DNA of 64,000 nt. Origin: an uncultured Pseudomonadota bacterium. Lineage in GTDB: Bacteria; Vulcanimicrobiota; Vulcanimicrobiia; Eremiobacterales; Eremiobacteraceae. The stretch is taken from the NCBI GenBank assembly GCA_963736005.1, contig CAVTNB010000001.1, forward strand, positions 1,600,001-1,664,000. The letters run 5' to 3'. Below, one piece after another: positions 1 to 7,984 of the stretch. The position numbers and the translations under genes were made by a program. Under the pieces are notes generated by a model. The model searched no databases. It worked only from the letters and a program-made list of their open reading frames with translations, and had not been told where the DNA came from. The stretch's first letter is position 1, and every line of letters begins with the position of its first letter.

Positions 1-735
1 CTTTAAGAGTGGTTGAAACACGCCGCGCACAAAGCGATCTTTGGCGAGTGGCTCGCCATCACGATCGACAAAGACCCAAGGAGCATCTGGCTGGTGATGC
101 TTGTGTTGCAGCAGCACCTTGCAGAGCGCGTCCCCGATATCGATGCGTCGTTTTCGGGAAGACTTCGGGGGTAATAAGACCACTCTCCCTTGATCATCTC
201 GCGCGAGCGAGACTCGAACAAAAAGAGAAGACGTCTCGAAATCGATCGCGTCCCAGCACAAGCCGAAGATCTCACCTTGACGCATGCCTGTGGCGAGCGC
301 CAGGAAGAGGAGGAGGTAGTAATCACCTTTCTTAGCTGCCTGCAGGAGGCGCCTTACTTCTTGCACGTCGAGAACTCGCCGCTCGCGGGTTTCATGGCGC
401 GGCTTGTCTTTTCGAAAACATGGGTTGACGGTGATGAGCTCATCTTCAATGGCTTCAGCAAACACCTGACGCAACACCCGAAAGATCAGCTGACGCATGC
501 GCGAGCCGACGTCCTCGCCAAGCCGATCCAGCACTTCACGCACGTGTCTGCGCTTGACGAGTCGGACGTGAAGGCCACCAACAAGAGGGATAAGATGCTT
601 GCGAACGAGCCCTTCATACAGTTGGTACGTCTTGTAGCGACGCGTCTTGCGAATACGTTCAACCCACGCTTCCAAGTACGCGGCCAGAGTCAGCTTTCGG
701 TTCAATACACGGTCCTCGATGGGACCGTCACGCAA
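1..735 (-). CDS. Tyrosine recombinase/phage-type integrase, partial (runs off window start; N-terminal arm domain apparently absent)
   Basis: Manual minus-strand translation (not in ORF track): LTLAAYLEAWVERIRK...YEGLVRKHLIP (core-binding domain) ...LLLFLALATGMRQGEIFGLCWDAIDF (box I Arg) ...PPKSSRKRRIDIG. In-frame TGA at 750-748 limits the start to TTG 735 or later. Confidence 0.85.
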   Translation of the reverse strand, partial: MRDGPIEDRVLNRKLTLAAYLEAWVERIRKTRRYKTYQLYEGLVRKHLIPLVGGLHVRLVKRRHVREVLDRLGEDVGSRMRQLIFRVLRQVFAEAIEDELITVNPCFRKDKPRHETRERRVLDVQEVRRLLQAAKKGDYYLLLFLALATGMRQGEIFGLCWDAIDFETSSLFVRVSLARDDQGRVVLLPPKSSRKRRIDIGDALCKVLLQHKHHQPDAPWVFVDRDGEPLAKDRFVRGVFQPLLK

Positions 736-756
736 GATGGGGAAAAATCAAGAGCG

Positions 757-2391
757 CTAGGTGTGAAAACTGACGGCTTCGACCAAGCTGCTCACCGGCA
801 GCGAGAACTTTCCGTTGCTGCACGGTATTGTCGTTACGGTTTTAGCGCCGTTGTCCCCGAACTGCGTTAGGGTGACGCTCGCTACGGACGACGGCAATGT
901 TAGGGTCAACGTTTCCGTTGTTGGAGCTAGATCTGTATCGGTTGTCCAGTCCCACTGCAGCGTGCCGAGCCAAGGAACCAGGATGTACGTTCCGTTGGAC
1001 TTCTGAAAAAGATCTTGCCACAGCTTTCCCGTCGTGTCGCCGGTCAACGTGTAGGCGAGCGGCGTCTGCGGTGAGATTCCAGTGTCGGCGAAATACGACA
1101 TGAGCTGCATGAGGCGCGTCCATGCAGGCTTAGGGTTGTAGCTCGCATCGAGCAGGCCGTAACATTCCAACGCCGTCGTGATACCATCGCATTGCGAGGT
1201 CGGGTAGTCGAAGAGCTCGTAGAAATAGACGCGCGAGATATTGATTCCTGGATTGAGACGGAATAAAATCTGACGCCCGATGTAGCGTTCTTGAGCGAGC
1301 CGTGATTCGCCAGCGTATTCCGTATACGGTGGCCCGGTGGTATAGCCGGTCTCCGTTGTGACAATCGGCGCCCCGCCGCCCACCGTTCGCTCGCTCGACA
1401 TACCGGATTGCGTGTCCCCGTTCTCAGGATTGTTTGGCGTTGCGTAGTCGTGGAGGGCGCCCTTAGTGATGTAGGCCGAATCGTCGGGGAACCCCGAATA
1501 GTTTGCAAAGGCAGCGGCCGGACCATAGACATCGACTCCCGTGGATCGCAAGGTGGAGATTTCCGGCGTCCAAATATTAAGCACCCCCGGAGCCCACGGA
1601 TAACTCACTCCGGACGTTCCGTAGATGGTGCAATTCCCACCGCCATCGTTGCATTCGTTTGGCCCTTCATAGGCATCAATCGCGCTTGCGGCCAGGCCGA
1701 CATTGGACGGATAGCCCGACGTGCAACCGCCTGCACCCCCGTTGCAACCACTGGTGCCGGTCGTCCAACCCATCCAGGGGTTCGTGAGTATGTCCATCTT
1801 TTTTCCCGCCGCCGCCAACTGATTGAAGCGCGCGGCGTAGTTTCCGGTACACCAAGGTTCGGCTGTGCCGTAGTTGCAAAAGCCGAAGCGCAGGTGGATG
1901 ATAGACGAATTGATGAGCGCGGGGGACCAACGGGCGTAGTCGGTATCCCAGACCGTATTGTGATATTCTAAATGTAGGTTCACGCCGACAGCGTCGTTGA
2001 ATGCCGCCGCCGCGAGTGGGGTCACCCCCGAGGGGACGGGCGTCGGCGTTGGATCTGGTGTTGGTGTCGCCGTTGGTGGGGGTGTCGGCGTTGGGGTCGG
2101 ATGGAGTGTCGGTGTCGCCGTTGGTACCGGTGTCGGCGTTTGCGTGGGGTCGGTCGTTGGAGTTGACGTGGGCGCAGGTGAGTGCGTCGGCGTTGAGGTG
2201 GGCCGCGCTGTTGGACTCTGCGAAGGCCTGGGGGTAGGGGGATCCGTTGCCGTCGATGTCGGCAATGGTGACGGTGTCGGAGTGCTGTGGGGGGCGATCG
2301 TGCGCAACGGCGTTGGAACGGCAGAAACTGCGGAAGAACCACCGCAGCCGCACATGAAGGCAGCGATCAAACTCATGAGTGCAGCGCACAC
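757..2391 (-). CDS. Putative lipoprotein with Pro/Thr-rich linker and clan GH-A-like glycoside hydrolase domain
   Basis: Lipobox-like AFMCGCGG; about 90-aa PT linker; YEGPNE (acid/base) and VTTETGY (nucleophile) motifs; RVYFYELFD...YGLL...PKPAW. Confidence 0.7.
   Translation of the reverse strand: MCAALMSLIAAFMCGCGGSSAVSAVPTPLRTIAPHSTPTPSPLPTSTATDPPTPRPSQSPTARPTSTPTHSPAPTSTPTTDPTQTPTPVPTATPTLHPTPTPTPPPTATPTPDPTPTPVPSGVTPLAAAAFNDAVGVNLHLEYHNTVWDTDYARWSPALINSSIIHLRFGFCNYGTAEPWCTGNYAARFNQLAAAGKKMDILTNPWMGWTTGTSGCNGGAGGCTSGYPSNVGLAASAIDAYEGPNECNDGGGNCTIYGTSGVSYPWAPGVLNIWTPEISTLRSTGVDVYGPAAAFANYSGFPDDSAYITKGALHDYATPNNPENGDTQSGMSSERTVGGGAPIVTTETGYTTGPPYTEYAGESRLAQERYIGRQILFRLNPGINISRVYFYELFDYPTSQCDGITTALECYGLLDASYNPKPAWTRLMQLMSYFADTGISPQTPLAYTLTGDTTGKLWQDLFQKSNGTYILVPWLGTLQWDWTTDTDLAPTTETLTLTLPSSVASVTLTQFGDNGAKTVTTIPCSNGKFSLPVSSLVEAVSFHT
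2030..2300 (-). repeat. Coding low-complexity Pro/Thr repeat (PTPTP-type linker)
   Basis: Repeated ggcgtt/ggtgtc-like units on + strand encoding (PT)n on the minus strand. Confidence 0.85.
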
Positions 2392-2748
2392 GCTTATACT
2401 TGCTCTAGAGATATGCAGACCGACTTCTCCAGCGAGCCCTGCTATTACGCAATGAAGCCGTTCATATCGAATGGCTACTTACGCATCGTATACGGCTATG
2501 TGCAGGCTGGCTGTGAGCACGCTCACTCGTACTTGAGGCAGTCGCAAGCGAGCATCGGCAACTGTATCACGAAACACGCCGTAGTAACCTCAGGCGCGCA
2601 TCGCTGATGGTCACGGAAACCATGGCCGTGAACACCAGATTTCAGCAATCCATGAGTTAGACCGCCATCTCTTCAATTCCCGGCTGGGGAGGCTCCAGCG
2701 TTACAGGCGGCGTCGCTCAAGTCTCTTGACAAACAAACCTGTGCGGAC

Positions 2749-4293
2749 CTAGAGGGGGGAGCCTCGCTCAACAGTCGTGAGCCAGCGCTGTTTCCGAACA
2801 GGCTCTACTCCGCTCAAAAGTAAGCTGCAGCTAAACCACAGCGTCAGGGCGACGCCGCACCACGTCGGCAGTTTGCGCAACAGGTAGTAGGAGACCGGAG
2901 TGTGGTCACGTGTTGCTGCGGTATTGTTCACCTCTTCGGCTTCGAACGAAGCAATAGCGTTGGCATGGTGAACAACATTGATGTTTGCGAGGCGTGCCGC
3001 CTCATCGGCAGGACGAAAAGCGAGCGAGAGCGCTATGAGCGCAGCGATCAGCGTGGTGACGATGGCCGCGCTGGTTGCCGCTGTTCGGATGCCCGCCACG
3101 CGCGCGGGAAAGAAAACCACGCACCACGCGGCTGTGAGCATGAGGAGCATTGAGGAGAGAGCTGTTAGGCCAGCTAGCTTTATGGAGGGGAACGGTACCG
3201 TGAGCAATGCGGCGGCGAGCAGAGGAGTAACCAAGATGCGAGTTCGGGATGCCAACACGATAGCGGCTAACAGCGCCACACTGACTTGGTTCATGTGAAC
3301 ATACGTGCCGCCGAATACCGCGAACGCCGCGGGAAGCAAGATAACCGCACCGGTCGCAAGCACACGTTGCCCGGACCGGGCGAGAACGAATAAACAGAGG
3401 GCGAGTAAGACGACGAAGGAGATGCTTCCCGCCACGAGTGCGATCGGCGCGCTTGCGCCCAACGCATGAAGCAGCCATGTGAGGCTGTATTGAAACGGAG
3501 CGTTGAGTTCCGCGCGCGCTTGGATCTGCAGGACAGAAAGGTACTCAATCATGCCGTGCCATCCAACTGCTACGATGCCACACAACGCCAGAGCCGCGAC
3601 GATCATGGTGAGCATGAACCGAGCGCGCGGAACAAAAAGGAATGTTGCGATGACAATCGGGAGGCCGAACTGTGGTTGAATGAGTGCCACCGTGGCCGCA
3701 AGCGCCGCCCGTCGTTGCTTACCTAGTCGTAAGAGGAGCGCCGCCGCCGCCACAGCTGCAATGGCGAGCGGCGCCAACTGTCCATATGGTGCCGCTCCGT
3801 AGGTAACTCCCACAAAAGCGACCGCGAAGGCTGCGATCAGCGGCAGCGCGGACATGCGAGCCAGGCAATACCCGATCACCCCTGTCGCGCACAGCAAAAG
3901 AAACCCAAAGATCATAACTGCGACCCGCGCGGGTACTGTAGCGAGCGCAGCCAGGGGGATAAAGTCATAGCCGGGCAGCGGTGCGGCATTGACCCCTTGT
4001 TGCAGCTCGGTTTTCCAGCGGGGATCGATGCTTGCAAGCTGGCGTTCGCAGCCGAGCAGCGGCCCGACACGATAGGGATCTTGACGATGCAAGACGACCT
4101 GGCCGGCACAGTAAAAAGCCCCAAGGTCCTCCGGAACAAAAGCAGTTGTCGCGTAGGCGCGCAAGTGCCCAACAAGGATAAACGCGGTTAGGATGGCGAG
4201 CATCACGAGAAAAAGCCTCTCGACGAGAGAGCCGCCCTGTGCTGCGATCTCCCCTTCCGCATGGACGCTATTACCAATTTCCGCGAGACTCAC
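2749..4293 (-). CDS. GT87/DUF2029-like polytopic (GT-C fold) glycosyltransferase
   Basis: N-terminal TM followed by DLGAFYCAG...DPY loop, many TM helices, GQLAPL and IQPQFGL motifs. Confidence 0.7.
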   Translation of the reverse strand: MSLAEIGNSVHAEGEIAAQGGSLVERLFLVMLAILTAFILVGHLRAYATTAFVPEDLGAFYCAGQVVLHRQDPYRVGPLLGCERQLASIDPRWKTELQQGVNAAPLPGYDFIPLAALATVPARVAVMIFGFLLLCATGVIGYCLARMSALPLIAAFAVAFVGVTYGAAPYGQLAPLAIAAVAAAALLLRLGKQRRAALAATVALIQPQFGLPIVIATFLFVPRARFMLTMIVAALALCGIVAVGWHGMIEYLSVLQIQARAELNAPFQYSLTWLLHALGASAPIALVAGSISFVVLLALCLFVLARSGQRVLATGAVILLPAAFAVFGGTYVHMNQVSVALLAAIVLASRTRILVTPLLAAALLTVPFPSIKLAGLTALSSMLLMLTAAWCVVFFPARVAGIRTAATSAAIVTTLIAALIALSLAFRPADEAARLANINVVHHANAIASFEAEEVNNTAATRDHTPVSYYLLRKLPTWCGVALTLWFSCSLLLSGVEPVRKQRWLTTVERGSPL

Positions 4294-4344
4294 TTCACGA
4301 CTCCGACCATCGCGTGTCCAACAAACTTACGGGCTCCACCTGAG

Positions 4345-5535
4345 TTATTCGAAACTGGCATCGCCATCGTAGGCGGACGGATCCCAAAAGCGCGCATCAC
4401 GTAACTCTGTATCCAAACCCGGATCAGCCGCGCAGTAATAGAACTTCCAATTCGACAGTTTTCTACGGTAGGGCGCGCAGTCGTCAAAGGCCCGCATCTT
4501 GGGCACCCCGCGACCGAGATTTTCTAGGATATACACGTCTTCTTTGGCACATCGCTGTAGCGCGGCCGCAAGTAGTGTGGGCAATAGATCCGGTTCGGGT
4601 TCAATGCACTGATAATCGACCAGACGCATGGCGCGAATGCCCTGCGTATCATTATGTGGCAAAGCGGGAAGCCGGAAAGCGTGGTCCTGACGAGTGAGCG
4701 TGCAATACGCATGCAACTTGTTATTTCGGCACGCGGTAAATACCCACAATCGTCCTTTGCGCATTGGCGCGCCAAAGTGCCACGAAAGGGCACGGCTGGT
4801 GCGCTCAGCGAGCAGCTTCTCTGGGTTTCGCCGAACGAGCTCGTCCCAAAAGGCATCAAATCGTGCGTCGAATCGGTCCGTGGTTTCTATGGTGAACGAA
4901 CCTGCATTTTTTGGGAGCGTGTAGTTCGATAGAGTATCTCTTAACCACAAGGCTGCGCTGGCTGGATATGATAGCGACCGCGTAAACGGAAGCCGTAGCC
5001 TCTCCAAGGCTCGTTGCGTGAATCCCCGGTATCCAGTGACCAAATATGCCATGCTCTCCCATTCACCCAATGGAATGCGAGATGAAAGCTGACTAAACGG
5101 AGCATGTGCGTCACGGCTGACCGTGTTGTTGATAAACAAATCAACGGGCTGACTGAAATACTCGTCCATCAGCTGAAGCGCAAATCCGCGGTATGGCGCC
5201 GCGACGAACCAAAAGCGTCCGGCGGCTGAGACGAGGTCGTCCCCCCGAAACTTGAAAAGCGCCCAAACCGTCCCCATAGTACCGACCATCTCACCACTTC
5301 GGCTTTCGAGCACCCAGCCGATCGGAAAATCGTTAGCGAAGCGAGTCCGTAGCGGATTGTCAAGCCAGAGGCGGCGCCAGTCTTCCCGCGCTGGAACGTC
5401 CGAGGCATGCGCCAACGCGAGCTGTTGAATTTTTTCGTAATCATCCAAGCACGCAAGCCGTAATCGTGGAGGCCCAAGCGCCGGGCTCATCGGCGAAAGG
5501 TTTTCGATTGTTGTGCTCACCGCTACGCCCCGCAT
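4345..5535 (-). CDS. GNAT-fold (likely double-GNAT) putative acyl/aminoacyl transferase, paralog 2
   Basis: GWVLE..GEMVG beta-strands, WFVAAPYRG motif-A-like segment, second half ERTSRALSWHF; strongly similar to 5551-6735. Confidence 0.6.
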   Translation of the reverse strand: MRGVAVSTTIENLSPMSPALGPPRLRLACLDDYEKIQQLALAHASDVPAREDWRRLWLDNPLRTRFANDFPIGWVLESRSGEMVGTMGTVWALFKFRGDDLVSAAGRFWFVAAPYRGFALQLMDEYFSQPVDLFINNTVSRDAHAPFSQLSSRIPLGEWESMAYLVTGYRGFTQRALERLRLPFTRSLSYPASAALWLRDTLSNYTLPKNAGSFTIETTDRFDARFDAFWDELVRRNPEKLLAERTSRALSWHFGAPMRKGRLWVFTACRNNKLHAYCTLTRQDHAFRLPALPHNDTQGIRAMRLVDYQCIEPEPDLLPTLLAAALQRCAKEDVYILENLGRGVPKMRAFDDCAPYRRKLSNWKFYYCAADPGLDTELRDARFWDPSAYDGDASFE

Positions 5536-5550
5536 TCGATCGTCGGATGT

Positions 5551-6735
5551 TTATTCAAAACTCGCATCCCCATCGTAGGCGGATGGCTCCCAGCATTTCG
5601 GCTGGCATAGTTCCTCATCTAAGGCCGGATCGGACGCGCGGTAAGCGAACTTCCAGTTGTCGAGCTTCGAACTGTAGGGTGCGCACTCGTCGAAGACGCG
5701 CATCTTCGGCACTCCGCGTCCCAAATTTTCTAGGAAATCAACATGCTCGATGGTGCATCGCGCAAGCGCGGCCGTCAACAGACCGGGCAGCAGATCGACG
5801 TCCGCTTCGATGCTCTGATAATCGGCTAAGCGCATGCCCCGAAACGTTTTCGTGTCGCCGTTAGGCAGCTCGAACGTGTGGTCTTGCTGCGTGAGCACGC
5901 AATACGCCCGAAGCTGCCGGTTTCGCGACGCAGTAAATATCCACAATCGACCTCTGCGCATTGGTATGGCAAAATGCCATGAAAGCGTTTTGCTATCCCG
6001 CTGCGCCATCAGTTTGTCATGGCCTTGTCGGAGCAATTCGCTCCAGAGTAGATCAAAGCGGGAGTCGAATCGGTTCACGTTCTCGATCGCAAATGAGCCT
6101 GGCAGGCGCGGAACCCGTTTGTTAAACAAGGCTTCCTTGAATCGGAGTGCGGCGCCAGCGGAGCCCGCCAGGGGCGCTGCGAACGGCACGCCCCGCCTTC
6201 GTAATGCCTTCTCTGCAAATTCGCGGTATGAGGTGACCCAATACGAAACAGTCTGCCAATCCCCCAACGGAATTCGAGACGAAAGCAGGTCAAACGTCTC
6301 GCTTGCGTCCGGGCTGACCGTCGTGTTGATGAATAGATCAGCGGGCTGACTAAAATACTCATCCATCAGTTGAAGCGCAAATCCACGATATGGCGTTGCG
6401 ACGAGCCACGTGCGCCCAACCGCCGAGACGAGATCGTCGCCGCGGAATTTGTACAGTGTTGGCACCGATCCTAGAATTCCAACTATTTCCCCGGCTGTCG
6501 CCTCGAGCACCCAGCCGATCGGAAAAGCTTTGCCCGTCCGAGACCAAAGCGGGTTATCGGCCCATATTCCGCGCCAGTCCTCGTACGGAAGGGACCTGAA
6601 AGCGCTCGTCGATAAGAACTCGGTAGTTTCTTCGTAATCGTCAAATCGGAGAAGGCGTAGCTTCGGAGCGGAAGTCGCGTAGCCAGACGCCGTAAGCGAT
6701 TGCGCGCGTGGAGATGTTTCGACAGCATTGCTCAT
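5551..6735 (-). CDS. GNAT-fold putative acyl/aminoacyl transferase, paralog 1
   Basis: Start re-assigned to ATG 6735 (MSNAVETSP), which overlaps the P450 stop (ATGA); WLVATPYRG motif; same C-terminus PSAYDGDASFE as paralog 2. Confidence 0.6.
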   Translation of the reverse strand: MSNAVETSPRAQSLTASGYATSAPKLRLLRFDDYEETTEFLSTSAFRSLPYEDWRGIWADNPLWSRTGKAFPIGWVLEATAGEIVGILGSVPTLYKFRGDDLVSAVGRTWLVATPYRGFALQLMDEYFSQPADLFINTTVSPDASETFDLLSSRIPLGDWQTVSYWVTSYREFAEKALRRRGVPFAAPLAGSAGAALRFKEALFNKRVPRLPGSFAIENVNRFDSRFDLLWSELLRQGHDKLMAQRDSKTLSWHFAIPMRRGRLWIFTASRNRQLRAYCVLTQQDHTFELPNGDTKTFRGMRLADYQSIEADVDLLPGLLTAALARCTIEHVDFLENLGRGVPKMRVFDECAPYSSKLDNWKFAYRASDPALDEELCQPKCWEPSAYDGDASFE

Positions 6736-7970
6736 GCGTTGGTCCCATACAAGAGCGGCAGTGATTTCAGACCGCGCAAGCCCAGGTTCTCGCGCCAGAC
6801 GAGTTTCTCGCCGGTGAGTCCAAGCACAGGGAATCGGCGCAAGAGCGTTTCGAAGGCGATTTGTCCTTCGAGGCGCGCCAGTGGCGCGCCGAAACAGAAA
6901 TGGGCCGCCCATCCGAATGCGAGATGCCGGTTGTCCGGCCGATCGAAGTCGAGCCGATCCGGATCGGGAAATCGCTCGGGGTCCCGGTTACCGGCGGCCA
7001 TGACCGCAATCACCGCCTCCCTTTTGCGAATTTGCTTCCCGCCGAGCACGACGTCGTCCGGTGCTAGGCGCGCAGTATGCTGACTTGGGCTTTCATACCG
7101 CAGCAGTTCCTCGACAGCCGCAGCCATGATCTGGCTGTCGGTTCGGAGACGCGTCATTTGGTCCGGATTACGCAACAGCGAAAGCATGCCGTTGGCAATC
7201 AGGTTGGTGGTGGTTTCCTGGCCTCCAACCATCGTGACGATGGAGTTTGCGGCGACCTCTGCGTCGGTTAGGCGATCGCCGTCCACTTCGCTGGACATCA
7301 GCGCATGAACCAATCCGTCGCGAGGGTTTTTCCGCTGCTCGCGGATGGCATTTTCGAAATAAGCGGTGAGATTTTCGAGCGCGCGCTGCACGCCGCCAAG
7401 CCGGTCGGGATTGTGTTGAAAATTGCCGAGCATCTCGGCAAACGTGGCGGACCAATCTTTCAGTTTTTCGTGATCTTCCACCGGCACGCCCAGCATTTCG
7501 GCTGTCACGATGGCGGGAAGCGGCGCAGCGAAGTCGGCGAGCAGGTCCATGCGCCCCGTGCCGCGTGCGAGGATGTCGTCGATGAGCTTTGTCGCGATTT
7601 CCTGAATGTGATCGCGTAGGGCGCGAACACGCTCGGGCATGAAAGCCGGTGCAGCCAATTTGCGCAGGCGCGTGTGCGCCGGCGGATCGAGGAAAAGCAT
7701 CTGCTTGACCATCACCTTGGCGATCGGGCTCACCTCCGGCGCGCCCAAAGCCTCAAAGAAATCGGGTGATGGTGCACGATCGGCGGAAAATCGCGTGAGG
7801 ACGGTGATCACATCCGCATATCGCGTAACTATCCAGGCATGGAGATAGGGATCCCAATGAACGGGGTCCTCCGTGCGGAGGCGGCGATAGAGCGGATAGG
7901 GATTCGCAAGCACCTCCGGATCCAGAAGATGGTAAAGACTCAGCGGGACTTGGACCGCCGCATCCGCCAT
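6732..7970 (-). CDS. Cytochrome P450
   Basis: I-helix GGQETT, ExxR (ELLR), heme motif FGWAAHFCFG, DPPAHTRLR. Confidence 0.97.
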   Translation of the reverse strand: MADAAVQVPLSLYHLLDPEVLANPYPLYRRLRTEDPVHWDPYLHAWIVTRYADVITVLTRFSADRAPSPDFFEALGAPEVSPIAKVMVKQMLFLDPPAHTRLRKLAAPAFMPERVRALRDHIQEIATKLIDDILARGTGRMDLLADFAAPLPAIVTAEMLGVPVEDHEKLKDWSATFAEMLGNFQHNPDRLGGVQRALENLTAYFENAIREQRKNPRDGLVHALMSSEVDGDRLTDAEVAANSIVTMVGGQETTTNLIANGMLSLLRNPDQMTRLRTDSQIMAAAVEELLRYESPSQHTARLAPDDVVLGGKQIRKREAVIAVMAAGNRDPERFPDPDRLDFDRPDNRHLAFGWAAHFCFGAPLARLEGQIAFETLLRRFPVLGLTGEKLVWRENLGLRGLKSLPLLYGTNA

Positions 7971-7984
7971 GGAGTGATCTTCCT

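Noticed and set aside
190..870. 226-aa plus-strand ORF
   Set aside because: Antisense shadow of the minus-strand integrase; no recognisable motifs.
1676..2455. Repetitive ORFs (GV-rich on +, DAD/HAN-rich on -)
   Set aside because: Alternative frames of the Pro/Thr linker repeat.
6736..6912. 59-aa N-terminal extension of the 453-aa ORF
   Set aside because: Lies inside the P450 gene; the ATGA-coupled start at 6735 matches the paralog's length.
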